A DNA stretch of 62,469 nucleotides from Bacillota bacterium (GCA_023622465.1 JAMNZE010000093.1:1-62469); one strand, 5' to 3'. Counted from the first letter of the stretch, positions 9,309-19,048 are shown. The notes: a model not told the origin generated them from the letters alone. Made by a program: numbers and translations.

Positions 9309-9453
9309 TCTAGCTGTAGTCTACCGGATTTACATGCTAGAATATTGGACGGGTATAGGGTCTCTAAGGGGGTGTGCGCTAGGCACTTATAGAGGCACCA
9401 GGAAAAGGTGAAGAGTTTGGCGATGATATAATGTTCGGTAGGAGAATTACAAT

Positions 9454-9484
9454 CTAGTGGTGATACTTGCCTGAACACCACTAG
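9454..9484 (+). promoter_or_regulatory. 5' UTR hairpin ahead of the DUF134 gene
   Basis: Perfect 9-bp stem CTAGTGGTG/CACCACTAG with a 13-nt loop. It ends 7 nt before the AGGAGG RBS. An extended -10, TGATATAAT, lies at 9424..9432. Confidence 0.45.
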
Positions 9485-9501
9485 CAAGCTAGGAGGACGT
9501 A

Positions 9502-9885
9502 ATGGCACCAAGACCACGCATATACCGAATAGTTGAGAGCGAACCATTATATGATATCTACAAGCCGGCAGGGGTGCCCATGGCTGCTCTGGAGGAGGTA
9601 GTACTGACCGTGGAGCAGCTGGAGGCTCTGCGTCTTAAAGATCTGGAAGGTCTGGAGCAGGAAGCCTGTGCCGAATTGATGCAGGTTTCTCGCCCTACCT
9701 TTCAGCGGGTGCTGGCCCGTGCCCGTGAAACCGTGGCCCGTGCTTTGGTAGAGGGAAAAGCTTTACGTATAGAAGGGGGGCACTACCTGCTTCGTCACCA
9801 AGTGCAGTGTCGGCGCCACAGGCATGGAAAAAGGAGGCATGGTGGCTGCGGTTATTGTGGGCCATCGGGTAGGAAGGATAGTTAA
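9502..9885 (+). CDS. DUF134/UPF0251-family putative DNA-binding protein
   Basis: It has the N-terminal PRPR...YKPAGVP and an HTH-like LEALRLKDLEGLEQEACAELMQVSRPTFQRVLARARE. The tail is basic and Cys/His-rich (CRRHRHGKRRHGGCGYC). Confidence 0.8.
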   Translation: MAPRPRIYRIVESEPLYDIYKPAGVPMAALEEVVLTVEQLEALRLKDLEGLEQEACAELMQVSRPTFQRVLARARETVARALVEGKALRIEGGHYLLRHQVQCRRHRHGKRRHGGCGYCGPSGRKDS

Positions 9886-9949
9886 AGGCTGAGTTAAAAA
9901 TAGAGAAAAGGCACCCCCGGTTAATGAACCGGGGGTGTTTATTGTAAGT

Positions 9950-10324
9950 TTAAGCTTCCCGTACTGTAGTTTCGAACTCGGGTTGTTCGTACAGATGCTT
10001 TTTAACAAAACAAGCATTTGCCGCTTTGACTAGACGATCGCGATGCTCGGCGGGGAAACCTTCTGGCAATACGATTTCCATTTTTATTTTACTGGCCAGT
10101 CTAGTGTCCGGATTGCGCTCCACATCTACTAGGATTTGTAATCCTTCGCTATCTATGTTACGCGACCTGCAGTAGCCAGCCGCCGTAAGGGCAGCACAAG
10201 CACCTAATGAGGCGATAAACAAATCGAAGGCAGAGGGGTTGCCCTCACCACCGGTTTGCAGCGTTAAGCCTTTAAAGTGGGCGTTGGCCCGCCCTTCCAC
10301 TAGACGAATTTCCATATCAGCCAT
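9950..10324 (-). CDS. OsmC-family protein
   Basis: 124 aa with OsmC/Ohr-like paired cysteines (SLGACAALTAAGYC). Confidence 0.75.
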   Translation of the reverse strand: MADMEIRLVEGRANAHFKGLTLQTGGEGNPSAFDLFIASLGACAALTAAGYCRSRNIDSEGLQILVDVERNPDTRLASKIKMEIVLPEGFPAEHRDRLVKAANACFVKKHLYEQPEFETTVREA

Positions 10325-10339
10325 GCTTAATACCTCCTT

Positions 10340-10804
10340 ATGGTTTGCATAAGATTATATTTCTGCATGTCCTATCCTATTCCTGCTGCAGCCTTTCGTT
10401 ACTTCAGAAAATCGGGTACACTGAGCATAGGAGGGGGCTGGGCTAAAGTGTGGAGCATTTATGGACTAGCTTTAGTGCTTACTACTATCGCTAATGGTAT
10501 AATTAAACTGCTTGTATTAGGTCGAGGCCATACGGCCGGCTTCTATTTGGCCGCCGTATCCGGCTCGCTCCTGGTAGCCGCTCTCTGGGCTGTAGTTCTG
10601 GCAGTATGGTGGGAACGCCCGTGGCAGGCTCCCCTTTTTGTTTGTCTAGCTGCTACTATTAGCGGGTTACTCTTTTATCGGGCCGAGCTTATGGCGGGCC
10701 ATTTGACTTCGGCCGCAATAATTGTGGTAGTCGTCGCCACCACGGTGTGGGTGCTGGCGAACCTTGGCTGTGCCCTGCGCCAGCGCCTGCGGGCGATGGA
10801 TTAA
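10340..10804 (+). CDS. Hypothetical membrane protein
   Basis: 154-aa ORF with about four hydrophobic helices. No family recognised, no clear RBS, and the start is uncertain. Confidence 0.35.
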   Translation: MVCIRLYFCMSYPIPAAAFRYFRKSGTLSIGGGWAKVWSIYGLALVLTTIANGIIKLLVLGRGHTAGFYLAAVSGSLLVAALWAVVLAVWWERPWQAPLFVCLAATISGLLFYRAELMAGHLTSAAIIVVVVATTVWVLANLGCALRQRLRAMD

Positions 10805-10829
10805 TTTTGTTGACAAAGGAGAATGCGAG

Positions 10830-12278
10830 ATGGAACTGAAGCGACCGGTTAGGGTAAGAATGGCGCCTAGCCCCACGGGCGATGCCCATGTAGGCCACGC
10901 TCGTACTACCCTTTATAACTATTTATTAGCGCGCCAACACGATGGTACTTTTATTTTGCGCATCGATGATACGGATACCAAACGTAATACGGAAGAAGCG
11001 GAAGTCGGTGTTTATCGCGGTTTGCGTTGGCTAGGTTTAGATTGGGATGAGGGACCCGATAAAGGTGGACCTCATATGCCTTATCGGCAAAGCGAACGCT
11101 TGGAAATCTACCATAAGTATGCGCAGCAACTGTTGGAAAATGGGGCCGCCTATGAGTGTTTCTGCACCCCCGAGGAATTGGAAGCCGAGCGCAAAGCACA
11201 AATGGAGGCTAAGGAAGATATCAAATACAGTGGTAAGTGCCGCCATCTTACCGAGGAAGAGCGTCAAGCTTTGAAGGCTGCCGGCCGCAAGCCTACTATA
11301 CGTTTAAAAGTTCCTAATAAAATAGTGGGCTTCCATGACCTGGTGCGGGGTTGGATTGAAGCCGATGCTAGTTTGATGGGCGATTTTATTATTATGAAAT
11401 CCGACGGTATGCCGGTATATAACTTCGCTACGGTGATCGATGACCACCTTATGCAAATAAGCCAGGTTACTCGGGGAGCTGAACATATCTCCAACACCTT
11501 CCCGCAGATTCTTATCTATGAAGCCTTAGGCTTTGAAGTACCCCAGTTTGCCCACTTTAGCCTTATGCTCAATGAAGACCGTAGCAAGATGAGCAAGCGG
11601 AAGGGAGCTACTTTTGTGGGTGAATACGCCGAAATGGGGTATCTGCCGGAAGCCATGATTAATTTCTTAGCTTTTCTCGGCTGGAGCCCCGGCGGCGATG
11701 ATGAGGAGATTCTCACTCTTGATGATTTGTTGGAGAAATTTTCATTAGAGCAATGTACCGTTTCTAATGCGGTTTTCGATATTAAGAAACTAGATTGGAT
11801 AAACGCCAAGTGGATTAGGCGTCTGGAAGCGGCCGACTTGGCAGAACGGATAGTTCCTTTCTTACAGAAGGAAGGCTTCATCGGTGAAGACTACGATCTG
11901 GAACACCTGACTAAGATCGCTCAATTGATTCAGGAGCGATTACCGCGTTTGGATGCGGTTAAAGATTTCCCTTACCTCTTCCTGGAGCCGGAGGTGCCGG
12001 TGGCAGAGATTGAGAAGTTATTGAAAGACAAGGATGCCAAGGCCGGCTTCCAGGCTGTCTTAGCTGCGATTCGCGACGTGGTCTGGGAGGAGAAGGAAAT
12101 AGACGCGGCGGTGCGTGCGGTACAAGCCGATTTAGGCTGGAGTAATAAGGAACTATTTATGAGTCTGCGCCTGGCCATTTGTGGTGGAAAGGTTTCGCCA
12201 CCTCTGTTCCCCATGATGGAAGTTTTGGGGCAGGAGCGGATTGTGCAGCGCTTAGAGCGGGCTGTGGACCAGCTATAA
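10830..12278 (+). CDS. gltX: Glutamate--tRNA ligase
   Basis: It has class I HIGH (PSPTGDAHVGHART) and KMSKS (KMSKRKG) motifs. ATG 10830 (MELKRPVRVR) is chosen over the upstream ORF start at 10764. Confidence 0.93.
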   Translation: MELKRPVRVRMAPSPTGDAHVGHARTTLYNYLLARQHDGTFILRIDDTDTKRNTEEAEVGVYRGLRWLGLDWDEGPDKGGPHMPYRQSERLEIYHKYAQQLLENGAAYECFCTPEELEAERKAQMEAKEDIKYSGKCRHLTEEERQALKAAGRKPTIRLKVPNKIVGFHDLVRGWIEADASLMGDFIIMKSDGMPVYNFATVIDDHLMQISQVTRGAEHISNTFPQILIYEALGFEVPQFAHFSLMLNEDRSKMSKRKGATFVGEYAEMGYLPEAMINFLAFLGWSPGGDDEEILTLDDLLEKFSLEQCTVSNAVFDIKKLDWINAKWIRRLEAADLAERIVPFLQKEGFIGEDYDLEHLTKIAQLIQERLPRLDAVKDFPYLFLEPEVPVAEIEKLLKDKDAKAGFQAVLAAIRDVVWEEKEIDAAVRAVQADLGWSNKELFMSLRLAICGGKVSPPLFPMMEVLGQERIVQRLERAVDQL

Positions 12279-12291
12279 AACGCAAAAACAC

Positions 12292-12325
12292 AAGGGGGCT
12301 GATCGCTTTTGTGATCAGCCCCCTT
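12292..12325. terminator. Bidirectional intrinsic terminator
   Basis: Stem AAGGGGGCTGATC, 8-nt loop, stem GATCAGCCCCCTT, between the convergent gltX and udk. Confidence 0.75.
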
Positions 12326-12332
12326 CTAATAA

Positions 12333-12965
12333 CTAGATTGCACAAACCGAACGTAGTTTGGCCACTATCATATCAATGGCCACCTGATTCTTGCCGCCTT
12401 CGGGAACGATAATATCCGCGTAGCGTTTGCTGGGCTCCACGAATTGTTCGTGCATCGGTTTCACCGTTTTTAGATATTGTTCAATAACCGATTCTACGGT
12501 GCGTTGCCGCTCATTGATATCGCGCACCAAACGGCGCAAAATTCGCGTGTCCGCGTCCGTATCTACATAAATTCGCAAGTCCAACCGTTCCCGTAGCTCG
12601 GCATTTTCTAGCACCAAAATGCCTTCCACCAAAATGATACTTTTGGGTTCGACTAACACTTCCTCCGCTTTGCGTACGTGTTGCGTAAAATCATATTCGG
12701 GCATATAGATGCTCTTTCCGCTTCTCAGATCATCCAGATGTTTTATCAGTAGATCGGTTTCAAATGCCAGCGGATGGTCGTAGTTTACTTTGACGCGTTC
12801 AGCAAAAGGGAGATGTTTTTGATCGTGGTAATAGTTGTCATGTCGAATCAACGTCACTTCGCCCGGTAAAGCTTGCTGTAAACGTTCCGAGAGGGTAGAT
12901 TTGCCCGAGCCCGTCCCGCCAGCAATGCCCACCACATAGGGAAGTTTCTTTACTTGCATTGTCAT
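12333..12965 (-). CDS. udk: Uridine kinase
   Basis: P-loop GIAGGTGSGKSTL and uridine/cytidine kinase family sequence. ATG 12965 (MTMQVKK) avoids overlap with the upstream permease. Confidence 0.9.
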   Translation of the reverse strand: MTMQVKKLPYVVGIAGGTGSGKSTLSERLQQALPGEVTLIRHDNYYHDQKHLPFAERVKVNYDHPLAFETDLLIKHLDDLRSGKSIYMPEYDFTQHVRKAEEVLVEPKSIILVEGILVLENAELRERLDLRIYVDTDADTRILRRLVRDINERQRTVESVIEQYLKTVKPMHEQFVEPSKRYADIIVPEGGKNQVAIDMIVAKLRSVCAI

Positions 12966-12972
12966 ACCGCCT

Positions 12973-13920
12973 TTAACGCTTATCCACTTCGTAGGGCTGG
13001 CCCGACGCTGCCGGTCCAACGGTACGGCCAACAAAACCGGCCAGAGCCAACATGGTGATGATGTAGGGGAAAGTAGCCATCAATGACGATGGTATATATT
13101 TGCCTATACCTAGCAGGTTAGACGTCACTTGAATGGCTTCCGATACCCCGAATAGGAGACAGGCCGCCATAGTTCCTAAGGGTGTCCATTTACCAAAGAT
13201 GACAGCCGCCAAGGCAATGAAGCCCCGTCCAGCAGCCATGTTTTCTAAGAAAGCAGTTCCGATACCGATGGAGAGTACACTGCCGGCAAAGCCTGCTAAT
13301 ATACCGCTAAGGATTACGCCCAGATAGCGGATGCGGTAGACGTTAATACCCACCGTGTCGGCCGCATGGGGGTGTTCACCCACGGCTCGTATGCGCAACC
13401 CAATGGGCGTATGAAAGAGAATAAAATGAGTAACCCCGGTGAGGATGAAAGCCAGATAAACGCCGGGGGAATGGGTACCTAGAATCGGCCCGATCCAAGG
13501 TAGATCCTTAATAAAAGGTATAGACCAGTCGGCCACCTTAGGCGCCGTGTCTAAAAGTAGGTGTCCCCCCTGATCGAAGATACTCTTCATCAGGAAGGAG
13601 CTTAACCCGGCTGCCAGGATGTTTATGGCTGTGCCGCTGATGACCTGGTTGGCTTTAAAACGGATCGATAACACGCCGTGTAAGGCGGCCAGGAGAGCTC
13701 CCGATAAAATGGCTGCCAGCACACCTAACCAGGGCTGGTAGGTGAGTAAAGTGACAGCAACGGCGGCAAAGGAGCCAAGAGTAATCATTCCTTCTAAGGC
13801 GATGTTGACCACTCCTGCCCGTTCAGAAAAAATTCCGCCCAGACCAGCCAAAAGTAGCACCGCGGCTGACCGTACTGCGAAGAAAAGAAGGGTAGTTGTG
13901 GTTACATAGTTGAGGTTCAC
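12973..13920 (-). CDS. ABC transporter permease (BMP/nucleoside importer, YufQ/NupQ-like)
   Basis: 315-aa polytopic protein. It is the last of two permeases following a duplicated-ATPase gene and a BMP-family binding protein. Confidence 0.85.
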   Translation of the reverse strand: MNLNYVTTTTLLFFAVRSAAVLLLAGLGGIFSERAGVVNIALEGMITLGSFAAVAVTLLTYQPWLGVLAAILSGALLAALHGVLSIRFKANQVISGTAINILAAGLSSFLMKSIFDQGGHLLLDTAPKVADWSIPFIKDLPWIGPILGTHSPGVYLAFILTGVTHFILFHTPIGLRIRAVGEHPHAADTVGINVYRIRYLGVILSGILAGFAGSVLSIGIGTAFLENMAAGRGFIALAAVIFGKWTPLGTMAACLLFGVSEAIQVTSNLLGIGKYIPSSLMATFPYIITMLALAGFVGRTVGPAASGQPYEVDKR

Positions 13921-15014
13921 GCCGCTTCCCCCTTCCTAGAGAATCGTTTCAGCAGAAAGCGAACGATTTCATCGGCAGCTATGAAGAAGATGATACAAGC
14001 CTGAATGATACCTACCACCTGTTTGGGTACCCCGGTAGACAATTGAATGCTGGCGGAGCCGCGATACAGAACGCCATAGAGTAATGCGGCCAAAATAACT
14101 CCTGCCGGATGATTACGTCCAATTAGTGATACGGCGACACCGTCAAGGCCGATACCGGTGAAACCAAACAACTGAAACACTCGCCGCTTGACACCAAGAG
14201 TATATACAGCACCGCCCAGTCCTGCCAGGAGACCACTAATTACTAGAGCGCCTAATAGCCTATTGGGCACATTGATGCCCGCATACTCGGCTGCAGTGGG
14301 GCTGTAGCCAGTGGCTCGGATTTCATATCCCAATTTGGTTCGCCATAGCAGGTAATAAACTACGACTACCGCTAGCACTGCCAGAATAATACCCCAGTTG
14401 GCCGTTGTGCCCATAAAGTTGGGGATAAGGGCCTTGCGGGGCACCTCAAAGGTAGCTTGGTAGCCCGGCTCGCGTAACCATTTGGATAAGACCAGGGTGT
14501 TGGTCAGATAAAGGGCGATATAGTTCATCATAATCGAGTTGATAACCTCGTGCACACCCCGCTTAGCTTTCAACCAACCGGGAATGGCTGCCCATAAGCC
14601 GCCGGCTAGTGTACCAGCAACAAGACAGACTAAAGTTAACAGAGGGCCCGGTAACCAATGCAGCTTGATACCGGCGATGCCCGCTACCAGCATACCCATG
14701 GTAAATTGTCCTTCCGCCCCAATATTAAACATACCGGTGCGGAAAGCAAAGGCGACGGCTAACCCGGTGAAAACCAGGGGAGTAGCTTGTCCGATAACAT
14801 CAAGAAAACTCCGTTTAGAGCCGAAGATCGTGTCCAATACGGCTTTGTAAACAGCTAAGGGACTCTTACCGATGCTGAGGACAAATATGCTGCCGGCCAG
14901 CAAACCAAAGGCTATAGCTGCCAGCGGAACTATTAAATTGGATTCCCAGTCCGTATTACGCCAAAAGGCTCTCAGCTTATCCCATAGCGTGGGCCGTTCT
15001 TGCTCAGTTGGCAA
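13917..15014 (-). CDS. ABC transporter permease (BMP/nucleoside importer, YufP/NupP-like)
   Basis: 365-aa polytopic protein that overlaps its neighbours by 4 and 11 nt. Confidence 0.85.
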   Translation of the reverse strand: MPTEQERPTLWDKLRAFWRNTDWESNLIVPLAAIAFGLLAGSIFVLSIGKSPLAVYKAVLDTIFGSKRSFLDVIGQATPLVFTGLAVAFAFRTGMFNIGAEGQFTMGMLVAGIAGIKLHWLPGPLLTLVCLVAGTLAGGLWAAIPGWLKAKRGVHEVINSIMMNYIALYLTNTLVLSKWLREPGYQATFEVPRKALIPNFMGTTANWGIILAVLAVVVVYYLLWRTKLGYEIRATGYSPTAAEYAGINVPNRLLGALVISGLLAGLGGAVYTLGVKRRVFQLFGFTGIGLDGVAVSLIGRNHPAGVILAALLYGVLYRGSASIQLSTGVPKQVVGIIQACIIFFIAADEIVRFLLKRFSRKGEAA

Positions 15015-16545
15015 CCGTTTCTCCTCCCTTCCCGCGCTCGCCTACCATAAGCAGCCCAATTTTTTCTTCCGTCGCTTCTTCTCCGCTGAGTTCGCCGACA
15101 ATTTTCCCTTCATACATTACCAAAATGCGATCAGCTAAAGCCATGATTTCATCGAGCTCTAAGGAGACAAGCAAGATTGCTTTGCCCGCATCTCGTTGTT
15201 GCAGCAACTCCTTATGAATAAATTCGATGGCGCCCACGTCTAATCCTCGGGTGGGTTGGGCAGCGATCAGCAAATCCGGGTTTTGGTCAATTTCACGAGC
15301 CACGATGATCTTCTGTTGGTTTCCTCCCGATAGCGAGCGGGCTAATGTCTGCACCGATGGGGTGCGAATATCGTATTTGGCCACTAGGTTCTTGGCATAT
15401 CCTTCCGCTAAACCCTGGTTCATAGTTAAACCGCTACTAAAGGGGGGCCGGAAATAGCTGCGCATGACCATGTTTTCTGCCACCGTAAAGTTAAGCACTA
15501 AGCCGCGTTTTTGGCGGTCTTGCGGGATGTGGGCTACTCCCGCTTCCTGTACTTGGCGGGGAGTAAGGTTGGTAACCTCTTGCTCAGAGATTTTAATCTT
15601 GCCTTCAGTAGCTTGGCGTAGACCGGCAATGCAGTCTACCAGCTCGGTTTGTCCGTTACCTTCCACTCCAGCGATGGCCACAATTTCTCCTGCCCGGACA
15701 TTAAAGGTAATACCTCGTAGGGCGGGGAGCCCCCGGTTATCAAGAGCATGCAAATTCTCCACCTGTAAAACCGGCTGCCCCGGTGAAGCGGCGGTCTTGG
15801 ATACGGTTAATTCCACATCGCGCCCCACCATCAGAGTGGCCAATTCGTTTAGGGAAGCATCGGCTGTGGGCAGGGTTGCAATTTTTTTGCCCCGCCGAAT
15901 GACGGTCACCTTGTCACAAGAACGAAGTACTTCTTTAAGTTTATGGGTAATGAAAATAATCGATTTTCCGGCCGCTACCAGCTGCCGCATAGTAACAATT
16001 AGTTCATCCGCCTCTTGGGGTGTCAACACAGCCGTCGGCTCATCAAGAATAAGCAGCTCGGCTCCCCGGTATAGGGCTTTTAGGATTTCTACCCGCTGCT
16101 GCATACCAACAGAAATATCGGCGATGCGCGCATGCGGATCTACATGTAGGTTATACTTTTCTGAGAGCTCCTCTACTTTGGCAATTGCTTGCCGGCGATC
16201 CAGTCGAATCCCCTTATGGGGCTCATTGCCTAAGATGATGTTTTCCGCCACCGTAAAGGGTTCCACCAGCATAAAGTGTTGATGGACCATGCCGATGCCG
16301 TGGCGAATGGCTGCATTGGGGCCATCGAAATGGACCACTTTGCCATCGATTCTAATTTCGCCCGCATCAGCCCTATATAGCCCATAAAGAATGTTCATTA
16401 GCGTCGACTTGCCTGCTCCGTTTTCACCCAGCAAGGCGTGAATTTCTCCCCGGTAGATGTCGAGGTCGATACGGTCGTTAGCCAGTACCCCCGGGAACTG
16501 TTTGACAATACCTCGCATTTCTACAAAGGGAACAGAAGTATTCAT
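15004..16545 (-). CDS. ABC transporter ATP-binding protein with two fused ATPase domains
   Basis: 513 aa. It has Walker A GENGAGKST, a first signature region and a second LSGGNQQK, typical of sugar/nucleoside CUT2-type importers. Confidence 0.9.
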   Translation of the reverse strand: MNTSVPFVEMRGIVKQFPGVLANDRIDLDIYRGEIHALLGENGAGKSTLMNILYGLYRADAGEIRIDGKVVHFDGPNAAIRHGIGMVHQHFMLVEPFTVAENIILGNEPHKGIRLDRRQAIAKVEELSEKYNLHVDPHARIADISVGMQQRVEILKALYRGAELLILDEPTAVLTPQEADELIVTMRQLVAAGKSIIFITHKLKEVLRSCDKVTVIRRGKKIATLPTADASLNELATLMVGRDVELTVSKTAASPGQPVLQVENLHALDNRGLPALRGITFNVRAGEIVAIAGVEGNGQTELVDCIAGLRQATEGKIKISEQEVTNLTPRQVQEAGVAHIPQDRQKRGLVLNFTVAENMVMRSYFRPPFSSGLTMNQGLAEGYAKNLVAKYDIRTPSVQTLARSLSGGNQQKIIVAREIDQNPDLLIAAQPTRGLDVGAIEFIHKELLQQRDAGKAILLVSLELDEIMALADRILVMYEGKIVGELSGEEATEEKIGLLMVGERGKGGETVAN

Positions 16546-16610
16546 TTTGTCACCTCGCTTACACCTATCCTCTATAATTGTCGCATGTTTAATGGGTAAA
16601 GAAAACCCAT

Positions 16611-16641
16611 AAAAAGGGCCAGACAGATTTTGTCTGGCCCT
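16611..16641 (-). terminator. Intra-operon hairpin/partial terminator after the binding-protein gene
   Basis: On the minus strand: AGGGCCAGACA, loop, TGTCTGGCCCT, then TTTTTAT. It lies between the SBP stop (16664) and the ATPase start (16545). Confidence 0.5.
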
Positions 16642-16663
16642 GCAGAATAACTTTCAAAGTTTA

Positions 16664-17707
16664 TTATTCTGCTTTTAGACTATCGAGGAAAGCGGGGAGT
16701 TCAGCATTGCTGCTGGGAACTACGATTTCACCGCTCTTAATCTTGGCCTCGAAATCATCGACAACTGCTTTTACATCATCGCTAATCTTCTCTGGGTCAT
16801 AGACATAGCCAACACCATCTTCTGCTAACCCGAGAGTATGGATTTTACCCTCAAACTTGTCGTTGAGCCAGTCTTCGGAGATGGTGGAGATAGCCGTGTC
16901 AAGACGCTTTAACATACTGGTGAGAGTGTAAGGCGTAAGTTCGCTCTGGTCTACGTCCACACCGATGAAGTGAACCTGGGCCTTGTCACAGGCTTGAGCT
17001 ACACCGATACCGGTGCCACCAGCGGCGTGGTAGATTACGTCAGCACCATTGTTGATCATAGTGGTAGCGATCTGCTCGCCCTTAGCGATCTGATCCCAAG
17101 CTTCGGCGTACTGGATCTGTACAGTGGCTTCTGGGTTAACAGCCTTTACACCAGCATGGAAACCGACTTCGAATTTTTCGATGACGCCGCCGCTCATACC
17201 GCCCACAAAGCCAACGTTGTTAGTTTTGGTGGTGAGACCAGCGATGAGACCCACTAAGAAGGAACCTTCGTGCTCTTTAAAGACCACATAGGCCACGTTA
17301 GGCAGAGCGTTAGCTGCATCTGGTGCCCAGTCGATAATACCAAACTGGTTATCCGGGTTGTTCTCAGCTGCTTCAGTCAGCTGTTCGGCCATCATGTACC
17401 CTACTGCCCAAACTAGACCGGCACCCTGATCAACAGCGGCAGTCAAGTTAGGGGCGTAGTCTTCTGCACTGTGGGATTCCACATAGTCAACCTTGACTTT
17501 GTCGGCGTGGGCATCACCAAAGCTGCTTAGACCGGTCCAAGCTGCCTGGTTAAAAGACTTATCATCCACGCCGCCCTGGTCGGTAACCATGATTACCTTT
17601 TTCAGTTCGGCTTCGCCACCGTTACCGTTGCCGCCCGAAGTGCAACCTACTAGGCTACCTACGACGAGCATCAGAACCAAGCTGGCATACAAAAGTTTTT
17701 TACCCAA
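16664..17707 (-). CDS. BMP-family (PnrA/Med/TmpC-like) ABC substrate-binding lipoprotein
   Basis: Signal peptide with lipobox LVGC, followed by a Gly/Asn linker. The TTG start at 17707 lies 6 nt after AGGAGGG. The ORF extends to 17749. Confidence 0.85.
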   Translation of the reverse strand: MGKKLLYASLVLMLVVGSLVGCTSGGNGNGGEAELKKVIMVTDQGGVDDKSFNQAAWTGLSSFGDAHADKVKVDYVESHSAEDYAPNLTAAVDQGAGLVWAVGYMMAEQLTEAAENNPDNQFGIIDWAPDAANALPNVAYVVFKEHEGSFLVGLIAGLTTKTNNVGFVGGMSGGVIEKFEVGFHAGVKAVNPEATVQIQYAEAWDQIAKGEQIATTMINNGADVIYHAAGGTGIGVAQACDKAQVHFIGVDVDQSELTPYTLTSMLKRLDTAISTISEDWLNDKFEGKIHTLGLAEDGVGYVYDPEKISDDVKAVVDDFEAKIKSGEIVVPSSNAELPAFLDSLKAE

Positions 17708-17904
17708 GTTGTTCCCTCCTTGATATGTTGTATAGGGCTTTAGCCCCAAACATTATAGTAGATTCGCTATCGAACATTTAAAGTCCTGCTTGCAGAAGCG
17801 CATTGTGTGTTATTTTCCTGTAACCACATAGAAGGAGCAGGGGCAGGTTAGTTGGTAAGCTGTGGCGAAATTAAGCATGGTGATAAAGAGGGAGGGAGTT
17901 TAGT

Positions 17905-19044
17905 ATGTTGACTATGGATCAATTTCGTCAGATGTTTCCGCTATTAGCTGAGTTTGCTTACTTAGATACAGCGCAAAGAGGGTTAACCCCTCAAGCAGTT
18001 ACCGATGCGGGCTGTCAGGTATTGCAGGATTGGCAGTCACTAAACTCTAGTAGTATTCGGCAGCTGGCAGGTCAGGCTAAGGAGAAACTAGCCAAGCTGT
18101 TACAGGTGGAAGCGGATGAACTAGCACTGGTCAGCAATACTGCTCAAGGAATTAACCGGGTGGCCAGCGCTATTGCCTGGCAACCCGGTGATAACGTAGT
18201 TCTGGCCGATTGTGAACACGCCAGCAATTTCTTCCCTTGGGCCCATCTGCGGGAGCGCGGTGTGGAATTAAGGCTGGTTTCTTGTCCATCTGGTATTCTG
18301 CGTCCAGAGGACTATCGGCCCTATATCGATGAGCGTACCCGGGCGGTAGCCGCCTCCTTGGTTACCTTTTATCCCGGAGCTTGGCTTGATGCCCGCCAGC
18401 TGGCCGATATCGCCCATGGGGCTGGAGCCCTATTTGTTCTGGATGCGGTACAGGCGGCCGGTATTTTGCCTGTGTATCCGCGAGAACTGGGAGCCGACGC
18501 GTTGATATCGGCTGCCTATAAGGGACTGATGAGCGCTCACGGCGCCGGGTTTATTTATGTTCGCCGAGAAATATTGCCTAGCTTAATGCCTTCTCATCTT
18601 TATATATTCAATGTAGAGGGGGAGTTGGGCATGGTAGGCGACGCCTATACCAGTCCCAACTACACCTTGCACCCTACAGCGGTCAGGTTCGAAGGAGGAC
18701 ATCACCCGGTAGGGGTAGCACAAATGAACCGGGCTTTAGACTACATTCTAGAATTAGGGGTGGAGCAAATCGCAGAGCATGTGCAAGCTTTGGCAGCGGA
18801 ACTGGGCGAAGGGCTGAGTAGCCTAGGCTACCAAATAGATACTCCTCTAACGCCTGATTATCTGCGCAGCATTGTTTGCGTGCGAATGAAAGATGGCAGG
18901 AAGTTGGCAGAATACCTGGCTGGGAAAGGGGTAATTGCCAGTGCCCGCCGCCATGGCCTGCGTCTCGCCCTACATGCTTATAATAACGCGACGGATGTAA
19001 AACGAGCCTTGGACGCCTTTGCAACCTATCCGGAGCGCCGTTAA
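17905..19044 (+). CDS. Aminotransferase class V-fold PLP enzyme (cysteine desulfurase/selenocysteine lyase-like)
   Basis: 379 aa with a class V pattern and a candidate PLP lysine in SAAYKGLMSAHGAG. RBS GGGAGGGAG. Confidence 0.7.
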   Translation: MLTMDQFRQMFPLLAEFAYLDTAQRGLTPQAVTDAGCQVLQDWQSLNSSSIRQLAGQAKEKLAKLLQVEADELALVSNTAQGINRVASAIAWQPGDNVVLADCEHASNFFPWAHLRERGVELRLVSCPSGILRPEDYRPYIDERTRAVAASLVTFYPGAWLDARQLADIAHGAGALFVLDAVQAAGILPVYPRELGADALISAAYKGLMSAHGAGFIYVRREILPSLMPSHLYIFNVEGELGMVGDAYTSPNYTLHPTAVRFEGGHHPVGVAQMNRALDYILELGVEQIAEHVQALAAELGEGLSSLGYQIDTPLTPDYLRSIVCVRMKDGRKLAEYLAGKGVIASARRHGLRLALHAYNNATDVKRALDAFATYPERR

Positions 19045-19048
19045 CTCG

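Noticed and set aside
9200-9547. A 115-aa minus-strand ORF spanning the DUF5320/DUF134 intergenic region.
   Set aside because: It has no RBS and a Ser/Leu-rich low-complexity translation. It overlaps two plus-strand genes and their promoter and hairpin.
15464-16282. Long antisense ORFs inside well-supported genes. Examples are the 272-aa ORF opposite the ABC ATPase, 42165..42676 opposite the amidohydrolase, 29256..29684 opposite NlpC/P60, 50022..50438 opposite gene A, and 8406..8780 opposite mrp.
   Set aside because: Their translations are low-complexity (Ser/Arg/Pro/Ala-rich). They have no RBS and no recognisable motifs, and they overlap genes with strong family signatures. They are typical shadow ORFs.
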